64,000 nt of DNA, from NCBI GenBank assembly GCA_951406725.2, contig OX597832.1, positions 16,554,001 to 16,618,000 of the forward strand, given 5' to 3'. Numbering within the stretch: the stretch's first letter is position 1; every line of letters begins with the position of its first letter. Below, piece by piece: positions 40,403 through 53,955 of this stretch. The notes under the pieces are model-generated. The model was not told the origin of the DNA and made no database searches. It saw only the letters and a program-made list of their open reading frames with translations. Source of the DNA: Octopus vulgaris. Its lineage: Eukaryota. Position numbers and translations under genes: made by a program.

Positions 40403-40610
40403 TGTGTCTGTGTTTGTCCCCCTAGCATTGCTTGACAACCGATGCTGGTGCGTTTACGTCGCCGTCACGCAGCGGTTCAGCAAAAGAGAGCGATAGATTA
40501 AGTACTGGGATTACAAAGAATAAGTCATGGGGTCGATTTGTTCGACTAAAGGCGGTGCTCCAGCATCGCCGCTGCTAAATGACTGAAACAAGTAAAAGAG
40601 TAAAAGATAG
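40151..40610 (+). mobile_element. tRNA-derived SINE, family C, full length
   Basis: A box TGGCTGTGTGG, B box GGTTCAGTCCC, core CTTGGGCAAGTGTCTTCTACTATAGCC, internal (TA)n(TG)n, tail GACTGAAACAAGTAAAAGAGTAAAAGA. Confidence 0.92.
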
Positions 40611-40704
40611 TAAAGGGTAAATCACTTATTTCGTTTGATACACAGATGTTCTCACTGGTATGAATTCGTGTTGACGCTATTCAAATTAAAATGGTGTGAC
40701 TATA

Positions 40705-42100
40705 TACGAGGGTGAGTCAGAATTGTTCAAAGGCTTGCTATGAAAGAATAATACTCGAGCTGAAAAATATTTCATGCGTTAATTTCAACCCTTTGTAACT
40801 GACTGATCAAAGAAGGCCCCAAAGTTAATCAGTAGCAACTGCTCTTCAAAATGAACGAACTTTGGCCCTGCATAAAACTAGTTCTAATGAATCAGACGGC
40901 ATTTACTCTAGTATTGCTACTGTTCTACAAGAGGTGCTACAAGTTCATAGGCTGGCTGAGTGATTTATTTGTTAATGGTGAAATTTGCATGTACCAATTT
41001 GAAATTAATAACTGCATCCCACCTCGAAGGTAAATAGTAGCTTAAAGAAGTCTTCAAAATCAACTAGTAGCAAATTCTCTTGAAAATCGTGAACATTTGG
41101 CATCGTGGTTTTATCAATTACATGCAGAAAAATGATTTAGCCTCTAAGGATATTTATGCTGATAAGTTTGTCATGACACTCCAGGTTTACTAACGGTGTA
41201 AAGGTTGGCAGTTGAAGTTAGGAAGTGAAGGGTGAGCCATGAAAACGACCCGAGATTCGAAATATTCGTCTTCACAACATGGTGATGGATGACCAGCGAT
41301 TGACTATAAATCAGATATCCAATATTATTTACATATTCCGTGAGAGAGTTGAGAAAATTCCGAACAAAGAATTTGGCATGACGAAAGCTTATGCTCGGAG
41401 AATGTCACGGCTTCTTACACATGATGAATAGCACACCAGGAGGAAAATATCACGACAAAAATCAAGACTGATTCAGACAGATCCATTTCGTTTCCTTGAT
41501 CGTATCTTAATCGAGGACGAGGGTCAGTTTGCGCCAGAAACAAAGAGACTATCCATGCAGTGGAAACATCCACCCTGAACTTTTCGTAGTTGTTTAGGAT
41601 GCTAAGACCATTGTGTGTATCAACTATCCTCAAAGAGACCACATCGTCAATAGGAAATAAAAGGCCAACTTCCTGAGATAGTTACGAAAGGCCTATGAAG
41701 ATCAGACACCCAAGAAAACAGACGAAAGAGAACTTGTTTCAAGAGGAAAATGTTTCAGCACACAAACCCGACATTTCAATGGTTGCTCTGCGTGACTGTA
41801 GCTTTGAACTTATTGATTCGCCTCTGTTGTCCTAATTTTGCCATATCTGGTTATTAATTGTTCCCTGACATGGAAAAACATTCGTCTGGGAATTAATATC
41901 ACAATGATGGTGACGTCATATGTACTGTTGATGACTTGTTTGACCAACACGACGATAGCTTTCAGCAATGAGATCGAATTATGCAGCATTAGTGTAAAAC
42001 GTGTGGACCGCAACGAGTCTCTGTAGAAAAATAACCTCATATAGTCACATTTCATGAGAGCGTCTCATTCAGCCTCCGAACGTTTGAACCGAGCCTCATA
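40705..42100 (+). mobile_element. near full-length decayed mariner (irritans/Himar-like); transposase relic about 41085-42033
   Basis: IWHRGFINYMQKNDLASKDIYAD (N-terminus), LFQEENVSAHKPDISMVALRDCSFELIDSP..LFPDMEKHSSGN*YHNDGDVICTVDDLFDQHDDSF..VEK*; termini TACGAGG / CCTCATA with TA. Confidence 0.88.
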
Positions 42101-42665
42101 ATTAAGTGACACATCCTTCTATTTTTTATATTTGCACAAATTTTGTAAAATGGATTTGCTTATGACGTTGAGAGCAGTATAGCAGTAGGCACACATAAGT
42201 ATTTTATATCTCCATACTTAGACAAGTTCTCGTAGAAGAAGGAATAGATTGATATGCTCTCATAAAGTTTACTTTTGAAATTTGAGTGATATAATGTTTA
42301 TTATTTTATAAGTGGAAGCTATTGTAATTACATAGATGCAAATATTATTCTGTGAGGTCGAGAGATATGGTATTCTTTACATGTTTTAAAGCACGCACCA
42401 CCATCCAAACAGAACAATAAAACATTTTGACAGAAATATTAACAGTAGAATATCTAACTTATAAGTCAAAACAGACTAAGCTTTCTCCACATTAAGAAGC
42501 GACATATTGAAAATATATTCTTGAAAGAAAATATAAAATGATATTGAAATATGAAATATATTAAAATCAGGTAAATACAGGTCATCCGGTTCAATCCAAT
42601 TTTAACCCTTTTAGTATGAGCTAATTCTTGATATATTAATCTATCATAAAACATAAGCACAATAA

Positions 42666-42737
<72 letters not shown>

Positions 42738-44302
42738 GTATCTATATGTATGTATGTATGTATGTGTATGTGTGTGTATTTATGTTTATAGACAAGCAAT
42801 GACAAATATACCTACATCGTCTTTTGATGGAAATCCACTTTCATCTCAGCCATAATTTATCAAATATTCTTTAATAAAGGAATGTAATATTTACTAATAC
42901 ATGCATAGAAAATGTCAAAAATCTAATAACACGATAAAGACAAGTAATAATACCAGAAATAAACTAAATCAACTATTAAATTGCTTTTTCCCGATAAAAT
43001 AACCTGTCCACGAAATGTCAAATGCTTCATAAAAACAATAGAGTTTAGAGCAAATGCATCTTGCAATTGTTTCGAAAATAAGTATATGTAAGGTACGAAA
43101 ACATGCTGTTTTTCATGACCAAGCATTTATATATTATTTTAAATCTCATATCTAATATATAAGTAAATATGGACGTTTAAAGACACGAAGTGTTCACTTC
43201 ATTCTTAATTTTCTCTAAAATTTGACACTAAAAAATATACTGAAATGCATGACTCTAAAGGTATTTCCACGCATTCTTTTAAAATACAAAGCAAAGGTCA
43301 ATCTTTTCATTGAGACCCAATGTCAAAAAAAAAAAAATGGCAACAAAATTAAATACTCCTGGCTAGTCTTACTAAAGGTAACTTATAATTATCTACGTGC
43401 CAAGTCAGTATTTTATTCCACAGAGATAATATTCACTCACCCTGCACTCTCTATGTTGATTCCGTATTTCCAGTCTTTGGACAACATGATACTTTCCGTC
43501 GTATATATTTTTGTGCAACACCTATTGATTCTCTTGATTTTAATTAACACTTGATTGTGTTTTTTTTCGCTCTGCAAAGTACTTATATATCAAAATAAAT
43601 AAATTAATTAATCAATAAAACATCACTGACCCTCTTTATCGACCACTTTTGGATGCTTGCTTCACTAAAGGCCTAATTATGTTCTGTCAGTATTGATTTG
43701 CATGGTAACTAGGAGGAGGAATGTGTTCCATGATCATTTTCTTCCTTGAGATATCACTCCATCTCGGTCAGAAAGCATTCTACTACGGAGGGGAAAATGG
43801 TGTCATAGACTATTCTTTTGTTCCTAGCTACGCTAAAAAGACATCTTTCTTTACTGAAAATAGTTCGTTATAAAAGTTAGTATTACATTGATTTGTATGT
43901 CAATAAATTTTAATTAAACAAATATCACGGTATTTTTGCATAGAACAATGGAAAAAGAAATGATGAGGAGGACAAGCTTTTGTTAAAAAGAAAATATTAC
44001 TAAAGAAAGCATCGTAGGATCACGGGAACAGGTCCGGAGCGAAAATAGAATGAAGGGGAGGATAGACCAGCAAAATTATATCTAAAAGAAACCCTACGTA
44101 TGGGCTTTAATAATAAACGACACTGCCCCTCTTAACAAGTCTGAAATAAGTTGGTGTCAGCTGTTCTCAACATCGAACAAAAGATGCAGTAGATGAAGAA
44201 ATAAGCATTGAAAGACATTTTCGGAAACTATTAGGATGGGAAAATTATAGCACTTTCAGCCGGTCTTCCGGGCCCTGAAACCTTCTGCCTTACATCCTAG
44301 AG

Positions 44303-44607
44303 GAGTAGTGCTGCACCCGTTTTTGCTATGGACCCTTGTAATTATTATTCTGTTCTGGTGGACCCCCATAGCTATTCAATGTTTCAAAACTACTTTTGTT
44401 GTTACTTCTTTCAAAATTACCACTTTACTTTTTAAAGCATCAGAGAAACCCAGCAGATTTTACGCACTAAATACACCCAGAGTAACATGTTTTCATGACA
44501 CTTAAAATACTACTGTTGGTCCCCAATTCATTATTTAGCTTCCGTGGGCAACCAAATGTCTAATGTTCCCGCCCAGGAGTTATATGGGCCCCTGCTGAAA
44601 ATCATTG
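44303..44607. mobile_element. hAT/Charlie-like MITE, decayed
   Basis: Degenerate CAGTG-type TIRs with subterminal ATGGACCC/ATGGGCCC motifs; 8-bp flanks TCCTAGAG / TTCTAGCG fit the Charlie target NTCTAGAN. Confidence 0.65.
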
Positions 44608-45219
44608 TTCTAGCGGAAATAATCAGTAACAAATGCTGGGTGATTTAAAAGATCACCGAAACGTACAACTGAATGCACGCCTCTCGACTGAGGAGGGAGT
44701 CGACAGATATAGACCATGAGTGCAGATTCACCGACTCTCAGCAACGATGGGGGAATTCACCATCTCGAACTCCACAACATACATTGGATATTATAACCGA
44801 TACTCATGAGAATTAAATTTGTCTTGACATACCCATGTATTACGACAATCAAGAAAATGGACAAAAAGTAGATTATTATAACGAAACTTGTACAAAATCT
44901 GAATCTAATCAGGTGGCAGTAAACCACCGGAAGAAGAAGGAAAAGAAGAAGAGGAGGGGGAAAAGGAAGAGGTGGGGGGAGGAATAGATTGATAGTGAAG
45001 GTTTTTTAATCGAGATTTTCCAAGGACTTACTTCACTGACGGATGGAGGAGGGGGAAAACAGCCTCTGCCGGATAGGAACTCAGAACGTAAACAGCTGCA
45101 AGAATTCTCGCATGCATATTTTCTATGCTCCAGCTTTAAGAACATGAAAAGAATAATCACCTTTGGCGACAGCTTATGCCTTTGTTTTGTTGTTGTTTTT
45201 TTTCTGACATATATATATA

Positions 45220-45687
45220 CTAGCAAAACCTCCCCCCGTCCAATGAACAGTGCTGAGTTGTCAAACTTTTAAACCAAATTTTCTCAAAACAATTTGTCCG
45301 ACCGTTCCATAGGGCTCCACTTTCAGAAATACTGATTTAAACTAAATTTGAGACACCAACAAAAGAAGAAATAAAGATAGACATTTTTTTTCTATTCCTA
45401 AGAAAGACGAATTTATTCACCCAAATATGCAACCGAAGTATTTAAAGTATCAGTAAGTACATCGCAACAGCTGATGACCTTGCGCGTACAAATGCACGTT
45501 CCCACAGCTTTATCGATCGCATTCTCATGTGGAATCGATTTTTGCAATTTTTTCAAGACTTATACACGCACTGATACTGTCGGTATCTACATATCAAATT
45601 TGAGCGCGAACGGATGGTGAATGCCCGAGATCCTAGAAGACACACACACACACACACAGACAGAGAGACCGGATTTTATATAATGAA
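45220..45687 (-). mobile_element. non-autonomous Helitron-like element, decayed
   Basis: Minus strand starts ATTCATTATATAAAA with (TG)n near the 5' end and ends GCTAG|TATATA; same architecture as the other two Helitrons. Confidence 0.6.
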
Positions 45688-45809
45688 TACATCACGCAGT
45701 TGTGATATACAATAGTTCTATACAGACAGATAATGGAGTGTGAAAGACCAACATTAACGAGAATACAAGAAACAAATCGTAAGAATGGACAATATTTGGT
45801 AGAGTGAAA

Positions 45810-46112
45810 TGTTTGTTCCTTCTCTAGACATGTCTGGCTCCTAAGGGCCGGTTTCCCGGTTTCCTTCGCGTATAGGTTCCCCACCTGGACGGGACACCGG
45901 TCCGTCGCAGGTGAGCTGCAAGATGCAGGAGGAGAGAGTGGGAGAAAATCGTGGCGAAAAAATTAGCAGAAGTTCACCATTACCTTCTGCCGGAGCCGGG
46001 TGCACATTAGGTGTTTCGCTCATAAACACACATCGCCCGGTCTGAGATTCGAACCCGCAATATTTCGACCGCGAGTCCGCTGATTTAACGACTAGGCCAT
46101 GTGCCTCCACTC
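45810..46112 (-). mobile_element. tRNA-derived SINE, family D (resembles the octopus OR-type SINEs)
   Basis: Head GTGGAGGCACATGGCCTAGTCG..GCGGACTCGCGGTCG..GGGTTCGAATCTC; body CCTGCGACGGACCGGTGTCCCGTCCAGG; flanking GAGTGAAA duplicated (45802, 46113). Confidence 0.88.
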
Positions 46113-46652
46113 GAGTGAAAGATACAAAGAAAGAAATAACCGAAGCTGAAGTTATTATATTTCAGAGAACGATGCACTGTATTGTTTTATATTTATTGTT
46201 CTCCGAATGTTTGAAACTTCAATTACGTGCAGTAAGATGGCAAAGAACAACGACTACAACATCTTGATTAAGTTATCCGAATAGCTACAATCTAACCGCA
46301 TCTCCTTCCTATCCACAATCGCATAGAACTTAAACTGTCTCTAGATTTTAAAATACATATCTAGCATTTGTGGGAGCAGAGTAGAGGAAGTTGGAAATAA
46401 GTGGAAAAAAAAAGGGATCGAATTGAAAGTGTTTACTGAAGTATAAAGCAAATTAATGTTGTGGGATGAAAGAAATAGTGAAGGGAATAATAAAAACAAT
46501 GACAGTTTTAAGAAAGGAATGTGGGGAAGGTGGTTATGAGGGAATATGAATAAATATTCGTTCACTGCTTTCGGAAGGAAACATGAGGTCGTTTGTCATG
46601 AATTATTAAAATTGATATGAAGACACACAGACACAAACGCACATACGCTCTC

Positions 46653-46684
<32 letters not shown>

Positions 46685-46750
46685 ACTCACATACACATAC
46701 ATATGCGCCAACACTCACGTACAGTGAGAGAATCTTCCAAACATAGATAT

Positions 46751-46797
<47 letters not shown>

Positions 46798-46916
46798 CAC
46801 AAAATATTATATACGAGGGAGAATGTATAATGACATGCACATACATGCACATATAGGTACAGACGTACAAAAACACATATGTATTTACATACATAAAGGA
46901 ACACCTATATTTAGAT

Positions 46917-46918
46917 GC

Positions 46919-46949
<31 letters not shown>

Positions 46950-47304
46950 GGCAGTTTGTCTGTGTGTGTTTCTGTGTGTCTGTTAGGTTGTACCCTCACC
47001 CTGACCACGGCTTTCAACCGATTCTAATGAAACTTGACACACACATAGCCCAATGTCATAATTCAAAACTAACGCAGCGAAAATTTTGAAAAGTTCTCCC
47101 AGTTCTGAAAAAAATCGATAAATTCAACATGGGGTCGAGAATCAGAAACACAAACCACAGACTGTCATGGGGACGCAACTCGACCTTTTTAACTAAAAAA
47201 AAATTTACCATCATTTTTTTTTCCATTTTTTGGCTATAACTCTCTAAAAATGCTTTATAGTTATTTCCCTTACAACCCCGAGCAACGCCGGGCGATACTG
47301 CTAG
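46917..47304 (+). mobile_element. non-autonomous Helitron
   Basis: Ends CCCGAGCAACGCCGGGCGATACTGCTAG|T; the last ~100 bp match 22733-22860, the 5' part differs. Confidence 0.85.
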
Positions 47305-48322
47305 TATATATATATATATGGATGTATGTATTCAGAATTGGGAGAGAAAAAAACAAAGATACTGCAGTAAATGAGAGACGGGGAAAGGAAAAGATAAGAA
47401 GTAAAAGCGAAAGACCGAGAGTCTACGAGATAATATTATCTGATAAAATATAAAGCAAATTCAGAAAATAGTTTCCAAATTTTTACACTAACTTTGTAAT
47501 TAGTTATAGATTAAAAAATTAATTATCTATTCACACATCACTCACTCTCTTACACACACATATGCACTGCCAATCACATAACACACATATGTTGATATGT
47601 GTGTGTGCGTGTGTGTGTGTGTGTCTAAGTGTATGTGTGAATGTATGTGTGTGCGTGTGTGTGTATGTGTGTTTGTGTATGTGTGACGAACGTATATTGT
47701 TCTCTTCTTCAAACTCATAATCTTTGCCAAACGCTCCCGCTGCAATGTTACCCTCTCTTTCTCTCTCTCTCTTTCTCTCTCTCTCTCAATCACACGCACA
47801 CACATACACACACACATTGTCTCTGTCTATCTCCCTATTTCTTTCTATCACTCTTTCTCTTTCTCTCCCTTCCTTCCTGCCTCCTTCTTCCTTCTGACTC
47901 TGTCTCTCTCTGTCGTGTTATCTTTCTGTTTCCTTGTTTCGCATGAAATATTGCTCTGACTTCGGCATAGAGAGTCATTAAACACGTGAGTAATAGATGT
48001 TACAGCTATTGAGGGTTTAATGGGTGATGCTCTTAATGAATAACTGTTAAACCGATTATAAAGAAGGTTAATTAAATGGAGGAGTTAATTTAATAAGTAT
48101 TTACAAACAAATTAGGTAAAAAAAAAGCTGTTTCTCAAACTCAGACACGCACACACATACAGATAAGGGTGTATGTGCCTATGTATGTATATATATATAT
48201 ACATATATACATATATACATATATATATGCATACGTATTTATCTTTCAATTTATCTATCAGCACAAATATTTCTATCCGTCTCTCTCTCTCTCTCGGTCT
48301 CACTGTCTCTTTCTTTCTCTCT

Positions 48323-48745
<423 letters not shown>

Positions 48746-49220
48746 ATAGATACATACATACATAACGACGGTTGGATGTAGATATGCATCATATTGCATT
48801 CATATTCAAAGCAAATTTTTGACTATGTAGATATATATTTATAAATATATGCATTTATATTCACTTAAAATCAAAAGTAGAAATGTGATGAATACAAAGA
48901 GATGAGAAGAACATAAAAACCATCTCTGTCAGTAAGAATAGAGGGATATTGTTTATCTAACGATGCAAAGACAACCTAGGGATATTTCATTCATGTTATA
49001 ATAACACTCTTTATGCTTGTGCCCAAAGCGGCGATGAATTCCTGGTAGGGTTTCACGTATGTGTTTACTTGTCTCTGAGTATGCTCTTGGTGTGAACATG
49101 TTTACTTACTATAAGTAATGTGCGAACAACGTATTTGTGTGTTTTGTGTTAATGGTGTAAATGCATTAGATGCAATGTGTATGAATAGCAACAGCACCGT
49201 ACCAAAATATATATACATAT

Positions 49221-49253
<33 letters not shown>

Positions 49254-49387
49254 CAACATGCGCATACATATGTGCATACATATACCTGCAGAACATACAT
49301 GAACATGGTTAATCAAATACAAGTTTACATATATATAATCGTAGACACACATACATATTTATATATAAGCATATTCATCATACGTAT

Positions 49388-49458
<71 letters not shown>

Positions 49459-49639
49459 TATATATATATGCATATATATATGCATGTATATATATATATA
49501 TGCATATATATACATGTATGCCAATATAGTATATACACATATATCCATATATATGTGAATGTTTATACATGCTTATATTTAGGTATATATATATATCTAT
49601 TTCTCTTTCAAGCTCTGTCACTATATATCTCTCTCCCAA

Positions 49640-49682
<43 letters not shown>

Positions 49683-49712
49683 ACACACAAACGCACACTT
49701 GCACCCACGCAC

Positions 49713-49777
<65 letters not shown>

Positions 49778-49796
49778 ATATCCACATAGATATAAA

Positions 49797-49976
49797 CTAA
49801 CAAGTAAAGAATTGAAACGTAGCAGCGTTTTGTTTAATCTTACGCTCTGAGTTGATATAAAGCAGAGCGAACAACCCTGAATCAGTAGATTCATTCACCA
49901 GATCGATCTCCAGTTCATTATTTAATGTTTGCTTCAGAGAATGGTTGAATTTCCGCTTCGTTTGTACTTTGTTCAT
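49797..49976 (-). CDS. candidate first coding exon or small ORF (59 aa, [44 protein letters not shown]...), product unknown
   Basis: ATG at 49976 after in-frame stops, in unique sequence; possible donors CAGG|GTTGTT (exon end 49876) or GAGC|GTAAGA (49844). No homology recognised. Confidence 0.22.
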   Translation of the reverse strand: MNKVQTKRKFNHSLKQTLNNELEIDLVNESTDSGLFALLYINSERKIKQNAATFQFFTC

Positions 49977-50454
49977 TTCCTTTCTTCTTTAATAATAGTT
50001 ACCCTACTGCGGTTCAAAGGCCGCTTTTGATAACTGTAGCTTGGATTTGTACTCTCGTGTTTGTCTTTCAGCCAATGTACGTGTCTGCTGTTTAAAGACT
50101 GCATGTATATGTTTGTTTGTCTTTAAGTGTGTAAGACTCTATTTTTCGTTCGTGTTTCTATTTATTTTAGCAGCCATTTTTGTTTCTTGTTTGTTTCAGT
50201 CTAGTTTCTTTCATTTAAGATATTTTTTTTAAAAACTGTTTTTATTTTGTTCATTTTCATAGGGTGGGTTGTTGTCTTGTCTAGAAATGCAAGTAATAAG
50301 CAAACTGTGTGTATATATATATTTTTCTTTTTTCCCACCTGCAAACAACCGTTGTTATTTTTTTTTCTATTACATTTTTTTTTATGTCTTCCTACTGTTT
50401 GCCTTTGCTTTAACCACTTATCATTTTCTCCACAATGGCGATTTCTCAACCAAT

Positions 50455-50500
50455 TACTTTTGACTGATTCGCTTCCTGGTTGCGCTATTGACTGAGTTTA
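50455..50500 (-). promoter_or_regulatory. candidate core promoter (two TCAGTC initiator-like motifs flanking an ETS-like CAGGAAG)
   Basis: Minus strand CTCAGTCAATAGCGCAACCAGGAAGCGAATCAGTC; YY1-like AAAATGGCTGC at 50170-50180; repeat-free A-rich leader. Confidence 0.25.
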
Positions 50501-51744
50501 ATTGTTAAGCGAAGTGTAAATACTATTCAAGAGTTAATTTGAACGAACGCAAGATTCGATTCGTCTCAACTGGTTTGCCGACAAGAGGTTGTCTATGTTA
50601 TAAAATATAAAATATCAAAATAAGAATATGAAGCTATAGGAAAAATACCCAAAAGAAACTAAGCGTGAATGAAGATAAATCAATTCCTTACATTTTTATG
50701 TATTTTCCGCTTCTTTTAATTATATTTTTTTATTTATTAATTGTTTTTGCTTTCCTTTTTAATTTGGCGATCGTGGCGGGTTGGGGAGCTGAGAATATAA
50801 AACATACTGATGATAAGAGACGAATATGATGTTATATGTGACGGCTGATTCCAGCCAGTGTGTTCTACTTTGTTCAATAATTCGATTCGAGTTTATTATT
50901 TGTATTGCCCCGGTCTCGTATAACATATTGACATTATACACACCATTGAGTAAAAATCTCTCAAGTGTTAATCATTGCAGTGAATTACCTTTACAGTTAT
51001 TCAACCTTGAATATGTTTTAACTGTGAGTTGCATCAATTTCTGAAATGTAATTTAATATGATTGTATTAAACGTTGATAATTTCAGGACTTAATTTTTGG
51101 CGGAACCTACATGAAATATCTTACAAATGTTGAATATATATATATTGTGAGTGTGTGTGTGTTTTGGGTGGGTGTGTGTAAGAAAATAACGATTGATCAA
51201 TTAAAGAAACAATATCTTGGCAAGAAAGTAGGTTAGAACAGAGGAACAGAATCACAAATATGTATCGAACATATGTTACCTAGCAAAAATATAGACTGGA
51301 CAGATGTAATAAAACTGTATCTTTTGATAAACTACCTCTGCGTAAGATCGTGGAAACTTTTATACTTCATGTCTAAATCAAGATCAACTATTTCCTGGAA
51401 CCTGATAATTCTGGCTTTAAACTTGTCAAATGTGTGACAAAACTCGTAGCCGAAACAGAACACTGTCCCAGATATTGACATACTGTTTACAATAGAGGAC
51501 GGAAATTAACGTGCATGAGGATTCTGAAAAAGAGAAGACGTCAGCTGTATGATCATTCCTCACTTAACAGGTGTAAATGACATTAGCGATGCCAGCTTCT
51601 AAGTCATACACACTGAGCTTCCTTCAAATTGAATTCCAATGTTGCATATACCGCAGTAAAGCCGAAATATAAGGCCTTAGGTAGAAGGAAAGGTACCTTT
51701 CCTTCAACAGGTATCCGACAGAAAAGTTACGAATACTTACCCTT

Positions 51745-51987
51745 TATCATTTTATCTTTTACTTCTTTAAGTCATTTGACAGTGGCCATGGTGGGGTTTA
51801 GCCTTGAAGGACTGTAGTCTTGCAAATCGGACCGAGGACATATTTCTTATTCTATCGATGTCATTGGTGAACCGCTATAATATAGGGACGTAAAATACCA
51901 GCACTGGTTGTGCAGCGATAGTGGGAGACAAATACAAACACAAACTCACTCACACACACACACAGTTACACACACACACACACCCTC

Positions 51988-52050
<63 letters not shown>
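51745..52050 (-). mobile_element. SINE family C 3' half, decayed
   Basis: TCTTTTACTTCTTTAAGTCATTTGACAGTGGCCATG..GAACCGCTA..GGGACGTAAA..CCAGCACTGGTTG..GACAAATACA then microsatellite. Confidence 0.7.
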
Positions 52051-52056
<6 letters not shown>

Positions 52057-52319
52057 TTATATTTTTATTTTCATTTGTCTTTCTCACTTACGTTCTGGTG
52101 TTTGCTAAATTTTCTTGAGAAGATTTCTTAGTGGTAGGGTTAGGGTTAGCAGATCTATTTCTAGCATAATGGTCGTCCACATAGTGACCATCCCTCAGAT
52201 TTGTATATATAAATTTGTATGTATATGTGTAAGTATGGTTATATGTGTGTGTGTGTATGTGTGTTTGTTTTACCTCCGGGTAAAAGTGGTGTTAGGCAGC
52301 GGTAATGCATAGACAAGTA

Positions 52320-52460
52320 TCCTGTCGACAGTTGATTTCTTTCAATAAAAAAAAGAAGAAAAAAGGCAGATTTTTTTTCGTGATGGGATCTGCTTGGTGC
52401 ACTTTCGATGAGATTTCAGAAGATGTAGCACCCAACGTGTGGAAACTTTCGAGCAGATTA
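52320..52460 (+). pseudogene. possible mariner C-terminal relic
   Basis: LISF..K..ADFFRDGI..R*..ETFE resembles F..K...FF.DGI..L..RW......YFE. Confidence 0.3.
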
Positions 52461-53554
52461 CTAAACAAATTCAATAACAGAAGTATCATATTGTCATATC
52501 TTTCAATGGTTAACAAGAATTGCTTTATTTAATAAATTTGTTTTTACTTACATTGAACACTTAGATCGATCTTTCAACCAAACCACACCAAACTACTCAT
52601 CATTTATATTCATTCATTAGTTGTGCAGACATTGTTGTGCATTTCAGATGGTTTGTTTTAAAATAGCACAGGTCATATGCGTGGTAAATTAGAATTACAA
52701 CTCCCACATTGGTGGGAATATATGCTACTAGAAACATCCTTTAATTCCATGGTAGACATAATCCAACGCAGAGTTTTATATAACTTCTCGGCTTTTAGGC
52801 GGCTTTTGTGAAAACATAATTGACTCAGTATTTACTGTCTAGTTTCCAGTCTGGTCACAACCTCTTACTTGTATCTCCAACCCCTTGAAGTTCACGAAAA
52901 ATATCAAATTTGCAGTCATACTTTTATATGAATTGCTAACAGTTTATTGCTTTCAAAACTTTCCACACCCCTGCCGATTTTCCAGTTTCAACATTTACTA
53001 AATCCATAGAAATTTGTTATTTACATTACTTGTATTCCGTGCATTCATAAAATGATAAGACGATGTACATACAGAACAATCTGGTTACACAGTTTGAAAT
53101 ATTATATCCTAAACGTAATCAAAGCAATGGAAGCGATATTTGATTTTTTTCTTATATTATTATTTTTAGTGATTGGAATAGACATGTCAAATAAGACAAG
53201 CCATAAGTTCGCTGGTGCCATTTTGTTTGCAATAAATAAAAGATTCCAATTTCGCCAGACATTTATAAACAACAGCCAGACATCCAGTGGTAACAGCAGA
53301 GTTATGCAACACTTTCCTATCAGATTATATTTTAAATTCTGGAAATAGTACGAAACTTGGCTTTGTGGTTAAATTCACTCACTTCGCAATCGCGGAGTGT
53401 TTGCTTAGGTCTCAGAATGTCCATGCTATATTCGTTCTACCCCCGTTACCGAGACATGCATACGCAGTGACATTTACTGAGCAATGAAAGACACTAGTCA
53501 CACTTTGTCCCAGACCAAAATATATTTATTATTAGTTTCAAATTTAATTTGAAA

Positions 53555-53955
53555 AGGATGCACGAATTGCTGCTTGATAAAAATCTTGATTCTCAACTAT
53601 ATGGTTCCGGATTCAGTTCTAATTCATGGCACCTTATGGTGATGTGATCTCCTACGGCCTTGTACCTACTACAGCCTGGTGAGTGGAATTGATAAACAGA
53701 AACTGAATGAAGTCCATCATATATATGCTTTTGTATGTGTGTGTGGCATTGTTTCCGACCACCACTTGACAACCGGTGTTGGTGTTGCTATTTCGCCTTA
53801 ACTTAGCAGTTCGCTCCAAATAACCGATGTAATAAGAAAACGACCTTACAAAAATCGGTTCTGTCGTCGATTCGTTCATCTAAATTTCTTCAAGGCAGTG
53901 CCCCAGGATGATGTAATGTAATGACTAAAGCAAGTACGGGATAAACAATAAAGTT
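53555..53955 (+). mobile_element. SINE family C, decayed
   Basis: ATGGTTCCGGATTCAGTTC..GGCACCTT..GTGAGTGGA..GAAACTGAA.GAAG..CTTGACAACCGGTGTTGGTG..AACTTAGCAGTTCG..AAGGCAGTGCCCCAG. Confidence 0.8.

Noticed and set aside
45472-45500. Other CTGATGA/CTGAGGA heptamers (also near 14310, 21684, 44690, 50807 and 56346)
   Set aside because: No stem II followed by GAAA and a UH site.
52135-52150. TAGGGTTAGGGTTAG, telomere-like
   Set aside because: Only about two units, probably part of a small repeat (related CTATTTC blocks at 19130 and 20355). Not an interstitial telomere array.
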